A stretch of DNA of 64,000 bases. Source: Candidatus Hydrogenedentota bacterium. GTDB taxonomy: Bacteria > Hydrogenedentota > Hydrogenedentia > Hydrogenedentales > JAEUWI01. Every line of letters starts with the position of its first letter. Position 1 is the first letter of the stretch. This document shows, piece after piece, positions 9,882 to 17,734 of the stretch. The stretch covers positions 9,658 to 73,657 of the forward strand of contig JAEUWI010000022.1 in assembly GCA_016791475.1 (NCBI GenBank), read 5' to 3'. The notes beneath the pieces are model-generated. The model had not been told where the DNA came from, did no database searches, and saw only the letters and a program-made list of their open reading frames with translations. The position numbers and the translations under genes are program-made.

Positions 9882-9917
9882 AGACCCGTAAGACCCATAA
9901 GACCCATAAGACCCTAA
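9882..9917 (+). repeat. 4 x 9-bp tandem repeat AGACCCATA
   Basis: AGACCCGTA (9882-9890), AGACCCATA (9891-9899), AGACCCATA (9900-9908), AGACCCTAA (9909-9917). The array ends 4 nt before the yaiI ATG. Confidence 0.95.
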
Positions 9918-9921
9918 AATT

Positions 9922-10398
9922 ATGAACCCTCTCCCCCACATTTACATCGACGCCGACGGCTCGCCCGTTAAAGACGAGGTCTACAAGGTCGCCCAGCGCT
10001 ATGGGCTTCAGGTGACCCTCGTTGCGAACAAATGGATGCACACACCCGCCCACCCGTGGCTCCATCTTGAAGTCGTGGGCGACGGCTTTGACGAGGCGGA
10101 CGACTGGATCGTGGAACACTGCGGTCCGGAAGACATTGTCATCGCGATTGATATCCCTCTCGCGGATCGCTGCCTGAAGAAGGGCGCGCGGGTACTGGGG
10201 CATAAGGGCAAGCCTTTCACAGTCGAATCCATCGGCGGCGCGCTGGTCGGCCGCGAGATTTCCTCCAACCTGCGCGATGCCGGTATCATGACGGGCGGTC
10301 CCGCACCTTTTGGACCGCAGGATCGCTCGCGCTTTCTCCAGGCCCTGGACAAAGAAGTGAACGCCGCCATTCGAAAACTGAAAGGTACTCCGAGATGA
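9922..10398 (+). CDS. yaiI: YaiI/YqxD family protein (UPF0178/DUF188)
   Basis: Collinear with E. coli YaiI by eye: IYIDADGSPV, VANKWM, GFDEADDWIV, DIVIAIDIPLA, MTGGP and QDRSRF. No Shine-Dalgarno is seen; the repeat array occupies that position. Confidence 0.85.
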   Translation: MNPLPHIYIDADGSPVKDEVYKVAQRYGLQVTLVANKWMHTPAHPWLHLEVVGDGFDEADDWIVEHCGPEDIVIAIDIPLADRCLKKGARVLGHKGKPFTVESIGGALVGREISSNLRDAGIMTGGPAPFGPQDRSRFLQALDKEVNAAIRKLKGTPR

Positions 10399-11963
10399 TG
10401 TTGATTCGCGCCGCCGCCCTCTGTCTGACCATCCTGTCTGCCGTGATCGCCTCTGCGGAACCGGTTTACGACATCGTAATTTACGGGGGCACCTCCGGGG
10501 GCGTCGCGGCGGCGGTCCAGGCGTCGCGCATGGGCAAAACGGCGATCATCATCGAACCGGGCCAGCACCTGGGCGGTTTGAGTTCTGGCGGGCTGGGCGC
10601 GACGGACATCGGCAACAAAGCGGCGATCGGGGGCATTTCCCGTGAGTTCTACAAGCGTCTGGGCAAGCACTATGGAAACGAGGAGAACTGGACCTTTGAG
10701 CCCCACGTGGCGGAGGCGACTTTCGAGGCGATGATCGCCGAGGCGAAGGTGCCCGTAGTACGGGGCGAACGACTGGACCTGAAAAATGGCGTCAAGAAAA
10801 GGAAAGGCGCAATCAAGTCCATACGCATGGAAAGCGGCAAGACGTACCGGGGCAAGGTCTTCATCGATGCGACCTACGAAGGCGATTTGATGGCGAAGGC
10901 GGGCGTGCCTTATCACGTGGGCCGGGAGTCCAATGCGACCTACGGCGAGACCTTGAACGGCGTGCAGACGAAGCAGGCCATTTATCATCAGTTTGAAGTG
11001 CCTATCGACCCGTACATCGTTCCCGGCGATCCTTCCAGCGGACTCCTCCCCCATATTCAGGCCGAGGGCCCCGGCGAGGAAGGCAGCGGCGATCACCGGG
11101 TGCAGGCCTACTGCTTCCGCATGTGCCTTACGAACAACCCCGAGAACCGCATGCCCTTCCCGAAGCCCGCGAACTATCGTGGGGATGATTACGAGCTGCT
11201 GCTGCGCTATCTGAACGCCGGCCACTGGACCGTGATGAAATTGTCCAAGGATATGCCCAACGCGAAGACGGACACGAATAACAAGGGCGCTTTTGCGACG
11301 GATTTCATTGGCGGAAACTACGACTACCCCGACGGCGACTATGCCACGCGGGACCGTATCATCCAGGCGCACAAGGATTACCAGCAGGGCCTGATGTGGT
11401 TCCTCGCCAATGATCCGCGGGTGCCGAAGGCGGTTCACGATGAAATGCAGCAGTGGGGATTGCCAAAAGATGAGTTTACGGACAACGGCGGATGGCCCCA
11501 TCAACTCTATATCCGCGAAGCGCGCCGGATGATCTCGGACTATGTTATGACCGAACACAACTGCACCGGGGTGCGCACGGTGGACGACGCGGTAAGCCTG
11601 GCCGCCTACACCATGGACTCGCACCACATGCAACGCTATGTGAAAGACGGGCGCGTAGTCAACGAAGGAGACGTGGAAGTGGGCGGATTTGAGCCCTATC
11701 CAATTTCGTATCGTTCGATTGTGCCGCGCAAAAAGGACTGCGCCAATTTGCTTGTCCCCGTGTGCCTCGCTGCCTCGCACATCGCCTACGGTTCGATCCG
11801 CATGGAGCCCGTGTTCATGATCCTGGGCCAGTCCGCTACGACGGCGGCCGCCATGGCGATCGACGATGGCGTCGCACTTCAGGAAGTCGACGTGCACCGG
11901 CTTCAGGAGCGCATGCGGGCCGATGGGCAGGTGCTTGCGTGGAAAGGCGTGGCGGCTCCCTGA
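10395..11963 (+). CDS. secreted FAD-dependent oxidoreductase
   Basis: ATGA overlap with the yaiI stop. Signal MMLIRAAALCLTILSAVIASA, then a dinucleotide-binding YDIVIYGGTSGGVAAAVQASRMG and LGGLSSGGLGATD. Confidence 0.8.
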   Translation: MMLIRAAALCLTILSAVIASAEPVYDIVIYGGTSGGVAAAVQASRMGKTAIIIEPGQHLGGLSSGGLGATDIGNKAAIGGISREFYKRLGKHYGNEENWTFEPHVAEATFEAMIAEAKVPVVRGERLDLKNGVKKRKGAIKSIRMESGKTYRGKVFIDATYEGDLMAKAGVPYHVGRESNATYGETLNGVQTKQAIYHQFEVPIDPYIVPGDPSSGLLPHIQAEGPGEEGSGDHRVQAYCFRMCLTNNPENRMPFPKPANYRGDDYELLLRYLNAGHWTVMKLSKDMPNAKTDTNNKGAFATDFIGGNYDYPDGDYATRDRIIQAHKDYQQGLMWFLANDPRVPKAVHDEMQQWGLPKDEFTDNGGWPHQLYIREARRMISDYVMTEHNCTGVRTVDDAVSLAAYTMDSHHMQRYVKDGRVVNEGDVEVGGFEPYPISYRSIVPRKKDCANLLVPVCLAASHIAYGSIRMEPVFMILGQSATTAAAMAIDDGVALQEVDVHRLQERMRADGQVLAWKGVAAP

Positions 11964-12001
11964 ACCACGAGGGTGAGCGGGAAACCAGGGTGGTGTGTTG
12001 A

Positions 12002-12030
12002 TTGACTCTGGGGGCGTGTCGGCGTATGCT
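12002..12030 (+). promoter_or_regulatory. sigma70-type promoter TTGACT-17-TATGCT
   Basis: TTGACT at 12002-12007, a 17-nt spacer, then TATGCT at 12025-12030. It lies about 38 nt upstream of ATG 12068. Confidence 0.45.
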
Positions 12031-12067
12031 TTCGGGGACGCAACCAGCAATAATAGGAGAGAGCATT

Positions 12068-13396
12068 ATGAGCAGTATGCGCATTTGTAGATTATTCCTT
12101 GCGGCCCCCGTGCTTGTCATGACCTTGATGGCGCCCCTGGTCCGCGCCGACGGCCCCTACACGGACAGCGTAAGCGACAGCGCGCTGAACAGTTCCGATC
12201 CGCGATATCGCCGGGCGACCATCCACCCCACGCTGATTCATCTGGAGCCTGGCGCGCAACAAAAGTTCAAGGTGGTCATGAAGACCACGCGGCTTATGGC
12301 GGCGGAACCGGCCGAGGGCGTGACGTGGTCAGTAAATGACATTCCGGGTGGCGATGCCACGGTGGGCACCATCGATGCGGAAGGACTTTACACCGCGCCG
12401 GCGACGATGCCTTCGCCCCGCGAGATTAACGTTGTGGCCCATTCCCCCAACTCGGCCAACGACTATCTGTTCTCGACAGTGATCATTGGCGCGGCCCCCA
12501 TCGAGTATAAGTCGATTCACATCTGGTCGGAGAAGCATGGCGAAGCGGGCAGCCACCTGGTCCAGCCCCACGGTATCGGCATGGACAAGGACGGCAACGT
12601 GCTTATCGCCGATCAGAAGGCCAACCAGGTCCATCGCTATTCCCGCGAAGGCCAGCACCTGGGCTTTGTGAACCAGGGCTCGGGGCGCGAGCCCGGCCAG
12701 GTCAGCGAACCGCGTGAAGTGCAGAGCGATGTGGAAGGACGCATCTTCGTAACCGACAGCAAGGGCGATCGGCCGCGAATCCAGGTCTTCACCCACGAGG
12801 GGAAGTTTCTCCAGATCTTCGGCGAAAAGGGCCGCCTTCCCGGGATGCTCCTTCGCGCCCACGGCATGGGCTTTGATCGGGCGCGCAATCTCTTCGTGGT
12901 GGACGTGGACAATATGCGGGTCAACGTCTATGACCAGTTCGGCAAGTCGCTGCGCGACTGGGGCAAAGAGGGGATCCTTCCCGGAGAATTCAACGCGCCT
13001 CACGGTCTCTTTGTGGATCGCAGCGGCGACGTGTTCGTTACGGGCTACTATGGTCCCACCCAGAAGTTTAATGGCTACGGCGATTTTGTAACGGAGTTTG
13101 CCCACGGTGATCCGCCGGACGGCGCGGTTTACTTCCACAGCGTCGCGGGCGACCAGTGGGGCAACGCTTACCTGTCGGTGCGCAACAAGGGCGGGTATGA
13201 CGGTTCGATTCAGGCGGCGGGCGGGCATTACTACAGTATCAAGAAGTACAACAACAACGGCGACTTCATCTGCGGCTGGGCCTACTCCACGCCGGAGCAC
13301 TCCGAGGCGGAGGTTGTAGTGGATAAAGAAGGCAAAGTCTTCGCCCTGTTTAATGGCAGCGGCATCTCGGGCGTGGAGACCTTTGCGCAGAAGTAA
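12068..13396 (+). CDS. secreted Ig-like + NHL-repeat beta-propeller protein
   Basis: ORF 12002..13396 trimmed to ATG 12068 (AGGAGA upstream; signal MSSMRICRLFLAAPVLVMTLMAPLVRA). NHL-like blades recur (PHGIGMDKDGNVLIAD, VEGRIFVTDS, RARNLFVVDV, PHGLFVDRSGDVFVTG). Confidence 0.7.
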   Translation: MSSMRICRLFLAAPVLVMTLMAPLVRADGPYTDSVSDSALNSSDPRYRRATIHPTLIHLEPGAQQKFKVVMKTTRLMAAEPAEGVTWSVNDIPGGDATVGTIDAEGLYTAPATMPSPREINVVAHSPNSANDYLFSTVIIGAAPIEYKSIHIWSEKHGEAGSHLVQPHGIGMDKDGNVLIADQKANQVHRYSREGQHLGFVNQGSGREPGQVSEPREVQSDVEGRIFVTDSKGDRPRIQVFTHEGKFLQIFGEKGRLPGMLLRAHGMGFDRARNLFVVDVDNMRVNVYDQFGKSLRDWGKEGILPGEFNAPHGLFVDRSGDVFVTGYYGPTQKFNGYGDFVTEFAHGDPPDGAVYFHSVAGDQWGNAYLSVRNKGGYDGSIQAAGGHYYSIKKYNNNGDFICGWAYSTPEHSEAEVVVDKEGKVFALFNGSGISGVETFAQK

Positions 13397-13584
13397 TGAG
13401 AACCGAACGATACCTACGGGGACGTCAGTGACGACAGGGAAAGCAGCCAGCGGTATAATCACCGTGATATACTGTTGCCCCTGGCGTTTCTGCCGTCCCT
13501 GTACTTTGTCATGCGTCTCCAATCACGGCGCGAAAAGAATATCGGATCACGATCAAGGCCAAACCGACGTTGGAGGAATCCCTG

Positions 13585-14466
13585 ATGCGAGTCGTAACTG
13601 CCGTCCTCTTCCTCGTCCCCATTGTTGCGTTGGCCGCCGCAGGCGCGGAATCCAATTCTGCCGACTTCAAAGACAAGGTCGCAGTCGCGCAGATGCGCGG
13701 TGTTCCAGTGAAGTGGGATATCGACGCCAATCTGGCTACGTTTGTAACTCAGGCCACTGCGGCGGGCGCGGAGCGTCCCGATATATTCATTACGCCCGAG
13801 TGCTGGCTGGACGGCTATGCCGCGCCGGACAAGATTTCAACGCGTGAGAAGTTGATGAGCGTGGCCCAGCCCCTTCAGGGCAGTCCCTATCTCGACAAGG
13901 TGGCGGAACTGGCGAAACAGTACCAGATGTGGATTTGCTTCGGCTTCAGTTCGCTCGAAGACGGCAAGCTCTTCAACACCTCGGGGCTCTGGAACCGGGA
14001 TGGCGCGCTGGTGGGCGTTTATCACAAGACCCACATCCAGACCCACGACGTGCAGTACGACCTCGGCATGGGGCTGCCCGTGTGGGACAGCGAGTGGGGC
14101 AAACTCGGCATGATGATCTGTGCGGACCGCCGCTGGCCTGAGACGGTGCGTACCCTGCGGATCCAGGGGGCGCGACTGATATTGAATCCGACCTATGGCA
14201 TGCACGGCGAAATGAACCTGAAAGTCATGCAGGTGCGGGCCTGGGAGAACCAGTGCTTCATCGCCTTCACCCATCCGCAACAAAGCCTCCTGATCAACCC
14301 GAAAGGCGAGACCGTACTGCAGGTGGACAGCGAAGAGCCCGGCTACAGCATTACCACCATCGATCTTTCTGAGGCAAAAGACGACAACCATCTGCGCGAT
14401 CGCCGCCCGGAACTCTACGGGGAATTAAGTGCGGGCACCTATGCGCCCGGCACCCCGGCACCGTGA
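13585..14466 (+). CDS. carbon-nitrogen hydrolase (nitrilase superfamily) with N-terminal signal peptide
   Basis: ATG 13585 has GGAGGA 7 nt upstream. Signal MRVVTAVLFLVPIVALAAAGA. An E-K-C triad context is visible: FITPECW, YHKTH, MMICADRRWPE. Confidence 0.8.
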   Translation: MRVVTAVLFLVPIVALAAAGAESNSADFKDKVAVAQMRGVPVKWDIDANLATFVTQATAAGAERPDIFITPECWLDGYAAPDKISTREKLMSVAQPLQGSPYLDKVAELAKQYQMWICFGFSSLEDGKLFNTSGLWNRDGALVGVYHKTHIQTHDVQYDLGMGLPVWDSEWGKLGMMICADRRWPETVRTLRIQGARLILNPTYGMHGEMNLKVMQVRAWENQCFIAFTHPQQSLLINPKGETVLQVDSEEPGYSITTIDLSEAKDDNHLRDRRPELYGELSAGTYAPGTPAP

Positions 14467-14623
14467 CTTGAACGCACCCTCCATCTGAATACAGTGGAGT
14501 GCAGCCCAAAGTGAGTCTATTCTCTTCCGGAATAGGGGCGGGTTGCCCATTGTTTTGCCTGAAAGCTGCCGCCGGGGCATCGGCCTGCGCGGCACACGTC
14601 AACCCATCAAGGAGAATGACCCC

Positions 14624-15256
14624 ATGAAGCATGTTTCCTGTCTGGCGCTCGCGGCCTTAGCACTTGTGCCTCTGACCCTGACCGGCTGTGCCGACCCTTC
14701 GGAAAACACACCCGACGCCCAAGTGGCGGAAAGCACCACATCCGCGGCGGCGCCCGCCGCTCCCGCCGAAGGCACGGCGTACAACTTTACTCCGGCCACT
14801 AAGATCGAGTTTGAAGGGTCCAAAGTGACGGGCTCTCACAAGGGCGGCTTCACGACGTTCACAGGTTCGGTCACCGTGCCCGGTGAAGACCTCACCAAAG
14901 CCTCGATCACCGCGACCATCGACATGAAGTCCACCTTTTCCGACAGCGACGGCCTCACGAAACACCTGCTGAGCGCGGATTTCTTCGAGGTGGACAAGTT
15001 CCCCGAAGCGAAGTTCGTCTCGACGGCGATCGCGGCCAACGGGGACAAGTACAACGTCACGGGTGATTTCACGCTCCACGGCGTGACCAAATCCATCACC
15101 TTTCCCGCGATGCTGAGCCTGGCGGACGGCAAGGTGACGGCCCATGCGGAGTTCGATATCAACCGCATGGATTTTGGCATCAAATATCCCGGCAAGGTGG
15201 ATGACGCGATCCGCGAGAACGTGGTGATCCGACTGCACATCGAAGCCGCGGCCTGA
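14624..15256 (+). CDS. YceI family lipoprotein (polyisoprenoid-binding-like)
   Basis: ATG 14624 has AGGAGA upstream. Lipobox LTLTGC. YceI pattern: KIEFEGSKVTGSHKGGF, ADFFEVDKFPEAKF, GDFTLHGVTKSITFP. Confidence 0.85.
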   Translation: MKHVSCLALAALALVPLTLTGCADPSENTPDAQVAESTTSAAAPAAPAEGTAYNFTPATKIEFEGSKVTGSHKGGFTTFTGSVTVPGEDLTKASITATIDMKSTFSDSDGLTKHLLSADFFEVDKFPEAKFVSTAIAANGDKYNVTGDFTLHGVTKSITFPAMLSLADGKVTAHAEFDINRMDFGIKYPGKVDDAIRENVVIRLHIEAAA

Positions 15257-15279
15257 GAATCGTCGCGAGAATAGTAAAG

Positions 15280-15312
15280 ATGCCCGGACGGTGTTCGTCC
15301 GGGCATGTTTTA
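15280..15312. terminator. hairpin terminator between convergent yceI and flgL (probably bidirectional)
   Basis: Stem ATGCCCGGACG (15280-15290), loop GTGTT, stem CGTCCGGGCAT (15296-15306), then GTTTTA. An A-rich tract (AGTAAAG) precedes it, serving the opposite strand. Confidence 0.7.
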
Positions 15313-15333
15313 TGAATCGTCGCCTTGAGAGCG

Positions 15334-16257
15334 CTATGAAAGAAAATTGAGGAGGCTCGGCTGAATAACTCGGGCGCCGGCGTTGAGGGAGGCCTCCAAC
15401 GCATTGGACTGGGCATTCAGCTCCACGATGGTCTGGGCGTAGTCGGCGTCGATATTATCGGAGACCACGTCGAGCAACTGCAGGTTGATGTCCTGGAGAT
15501 TACTGTCTACCTGCTCGATGCGGTTCTGGATGGAACCGACGCGGGCCACAGAGATGAGCAGTTGGTCTTGCGCGCTGCTCAATTCACCGAGTCGTGTCTG
15601 AAGCGCCCCTGTGTTTCCCGCTTCGAGATTGTCCCGAATGTCCAGCAGCGTCTGGAAGATGTCGGCGCCACTGACCCCTGCGGCGGTAAAAACTCGGCTA
15701 CCGGGTTCGTTGGCATCTACTTGGATACCGTCCTGAATCTCCACCTTGAAGGTCTCATCGTTGCCGATGTAGGTCACCGACGTAACGCGCTGGTTGAGAT
15801 CGCGCGCGGCGGTAAAGGGTTCGGTCTGCGTGACGGTGCCGCCAAAAATGTAGCGGCCATTGTTCTCTTGATTGGCCTCGACCAGACTACCCTCCAGAAG
15901 TTGGTTGATTTCTATCGCAAGCTGGTCGAGTTGGAGTTGATCGTTCGTGCCATTGGCGCCCTGCAACGTGAGTTCCCGCGCCCGTTGTACAATATCGACC
16001 ATCGTTGTCAACGACGTCTCTGTCTCGCGGAGCCCCGGCCCGAGATTGCTGATGTTGGTGATATACTGCTCATTCTTCGTCACCTCCGTCCGCGCACTGA
16101 TGGCGCGTCGCGTGGCCAGCGTGTCATCACTCGGCCGGTTGACAATCTGGCCCGTGGCGAGCTGCTCCTGCAGGGCAAGAATTCTGCGTTGCTGAAGGTT
16201 GAGATTGCTCAGTACGCGGTCAATGAGCAACCGCTGTGTCGTTCGAACTGCACCCAT
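15334..16257 (-). CDS. flgL: flagellar hook-associated protein 3 FlgL
   Basis: Flagellin-type N-terminus (LSNLNLQQRRILALQEQLATGQIVNRPSDD) and C-terminus (ELNAQSNALEASLNAGARVIQPSLLNFL). About 300 aa, typical of FlgL and too short for FlgK. Confidence 0.8.
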   Translation of the reverse strand: MGAVRTTQRLLIDRVLSNLNLQQRRILALQEQLATGQIVNRPSDDTLATRRAISARTEVTKNEQYITNISNLGPGLRETETSLTTMVDIVQRARELTLQGANGTNDQLQLDQLAIEINQLLEGSLVEANQENNGRYIFGGTVTQTEPFTAARDLNQRVTSVTYIGNDETFKVEIQDGIQVDANEPGSRVFTAAGVSGADIFQTLLDIRDNLEAGNTGALQTRLGELSSAQDQLLISVARVGSIQNRIEQVDSNLQDINLQLLDVVSDNIDADYAQTIVELNAQSNALEASLNAGARVIQPSLLNFLS

Positions 16258-16267
16258 GATCGGGGCT

Positions 16268-16795
16268 TTATCCTCTCTGGTCTACCATCGCGGGCACGGA
16301 GTGCACGCGAACAATTTCACCGCCCGTACCGTCGTAGGCACCGCCCGCACCGGGTTCGCACAGGGCCATGGCGGCCAGGGTCTGGTTCACCACATAGAGC
16401 GAGCGGCGCAACACCCGGTTGTTCTCGCGAACCAGGCGGCGCGTGGTTTCCAGGGTGGCGCGCATCAGCACCTGAAATTCCTGCATCCGCTGGCGCCAGG
16501 GCTCCGGAACCGCCGCGATGAGGCCACTCAACGTCTGGGCGTCGGCGGGCAGGGCGTAGTGGTCGACGACCGCACGAACGAGGGCCAGCCGCACCTGCTC
16601 GGCGGCGATGGCCTGGCGAAGCAACACGTGGAGCGCGGCGGTCTTGGCCTCCAGATACTCGTGATCCTGCGCCCGGGCACCCTGGCCCATGGCGCGGCAG
16701 ACCGCCAGCACGTTCTGCTGGCGCTCCAGTTCGTCGTCGAAATGTTCGCAGAGATGATCAAGAAGATCTTCTATCGACATGTCCCGGGTATTCAT
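16268..16795 (-). CDS. flgN: FlgN-like flagellar export chaperone
   Basis: All-helical 175-aa protein with a FlgN-like pattern (LLDHLCEHFDDELERQQNVLAVCR ... RENNRVLRRSLYVVNQTL). It sits directly upstream of flgL. ATG 16795 or GTG 16798 overlaps the stop of the preceding ORF. Confidence 0.55.
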   Translation of the reverse strand: MNTRDMSIEDLLDHLCEHFDDELERQQNVLAVCRAMGQGARAQDHEYLEAKTAALHVLLRQAIAAEQVRLALVRAVVDHYALPADAQTLSGLIAAVPEPWRQRMQEFQVLMRATLETTRRLVRENNRVLRRSLYVVNQTLAAMALCEPGAGGAYDGTGGEIVRVHSVPAMVDQRG

Positions 16796-17139
16796 CACGA
16801 CGCCGCTCCCGTCTGCCCGAGCAGGGCCTTCTTGTATTCTTCGCTGGTGAGCATCCCGTCGCGATTGGCGTCGAGACGTTCAAAGACGCTCCGCTCCATG
16901 CCGCTCTCCGAGAGTCGGAGGCTGCCGTCCCCGTCTACATCGCGCTGGTGCATGAAGCGCGCCGTTTCTTCTTCCGCACGGGCCTTTCGGGCTTCCGGAC
17001 TGGATGAAGCCTCGATCTGGGCCTTCAGAATCTCCGAAAAGGCCTCGTCGGTCACTCTGGGCTGCTTGACGGCCTGAACCAGGTCCGACGCATTCTTGAT
17101 CAACGCGCTGGCCGCGCCAATACCGCTTAACAGGTTCAT
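16795..17139 (-). CDS. small EF-hand pair protein (114 aa) in the flgM position
   Basis: ORF 16795..17250 trimmed to ATG 17139 (GGAGG with a 5-nt spacer). There are two canonical 12-residue loops, DVDGDGSLRLSE and DANRDGMLTSEE. The stop overlaps the flgN start. Confidence 0.7.
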   Translation of the reverse strand: MNLLSGIGAASALIKNASDLVQAVKQPRVTDEAFSEILKAQIEASSSPEARKARAEEETARFMHQRDVDGDGSLRLSESGMERSVFERLDANRDGMLTSEEYKKALLGQTGAAS

Positions 17140-17185
17140 GGCAACCTCCAAAATCCTTCCAGACGCTCCGGCCTGGATATCTGTT

Positions 17186-17212
17186 TTATCGGCAGCATCG
17201 CCGAAAGCTTCA
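17186..17212 (-). promoter_or_regulatory. sigma28 (FliA)-type promoter TGAA-N15-GCCGATAA
   Basis: The minus strand reads cagTGAAGCTTtcggcgatgctGCCGATAAaacag. The -10 is an exact GCCGATAA (17186-17193). The -35 octamer matches TAAAGTTT at 6/8. It lies in the 112-nt flgJ/EF-hand gap, about 45 nt before ATG 17139. Confidence 0.6.
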
Positions 17213-17251
17213 CTGGTCACTGCCGCCGCCCCCCAGAGGGGCCGGCGCACT

Positions 17252-17734
17252 TTATTGATTGCTTCGATAACTTTCGTGGGCGCGCGCGAGGGAAATCCCC
17301 GCGGGGTGCGTCGGATTAAGCTTCACCCCGCCTCCGACCTGGGGCACCGGCAGGCCCGTCGCCTCGTCGGGCACGGCAATGCCCTTGCGTTCCCGAACCA
17401 GGGAAATGCCCCAGGCGTCCAGGGCTCTGTCGGGCTTCGTCAAATCGCCCGCCGACGCGTGCAACTGCTTCGCCATCTGCTCGGCAACGCCAAGTTGCCC
17501 GGACGCGGCCATTTCCCCCGCCACGAAGTCATCCATCATTTCTTCGAAGTAGGCCTTCTGCGCACCGCTGTCAAAGAAACCATAGTCGGGGACGGTCTTA
17601 CGCATCTCCTTGAGCATCTGAAAGAGGAAGAGTTGTTCGTACTGCTTGAGGGCTTCCGCCTCGCGGCCTTTGGCACCGGGCGTCAGCTCCATGGCCTTGA
17701 AACCCGACTGACTCTGGGGATTGACGTACAACAT
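17252..17734 (-). CDS. flgJ: flagellar rod-binding protein (FlgJ N-terminal domain only, no muramidase domain)
   Basis: Rod-binding pattern EALKQYEQLFLFQMLKEMRKT ... YFEEMMDDFVAGEMA ... GVAEQMAKQL. Only 160 aa. The start overlaps the flgI stop by 1 nt. Confidence 0.75.
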   Translation of the reverse strand: MLYVNPQSQSGFKAMELTPGAKGREAEALKQYEQLFLFQMLKEMRKTVPDYGFFDSGAQKAYFEEMMDDFVAGEMAASGQLGVAEQMAKQLHASAGDLTKPDRALDAWGISLVRERKGIAVPDEATGLPVPQVGGGVKLNPTHPAGISLARAHESYRSNQ

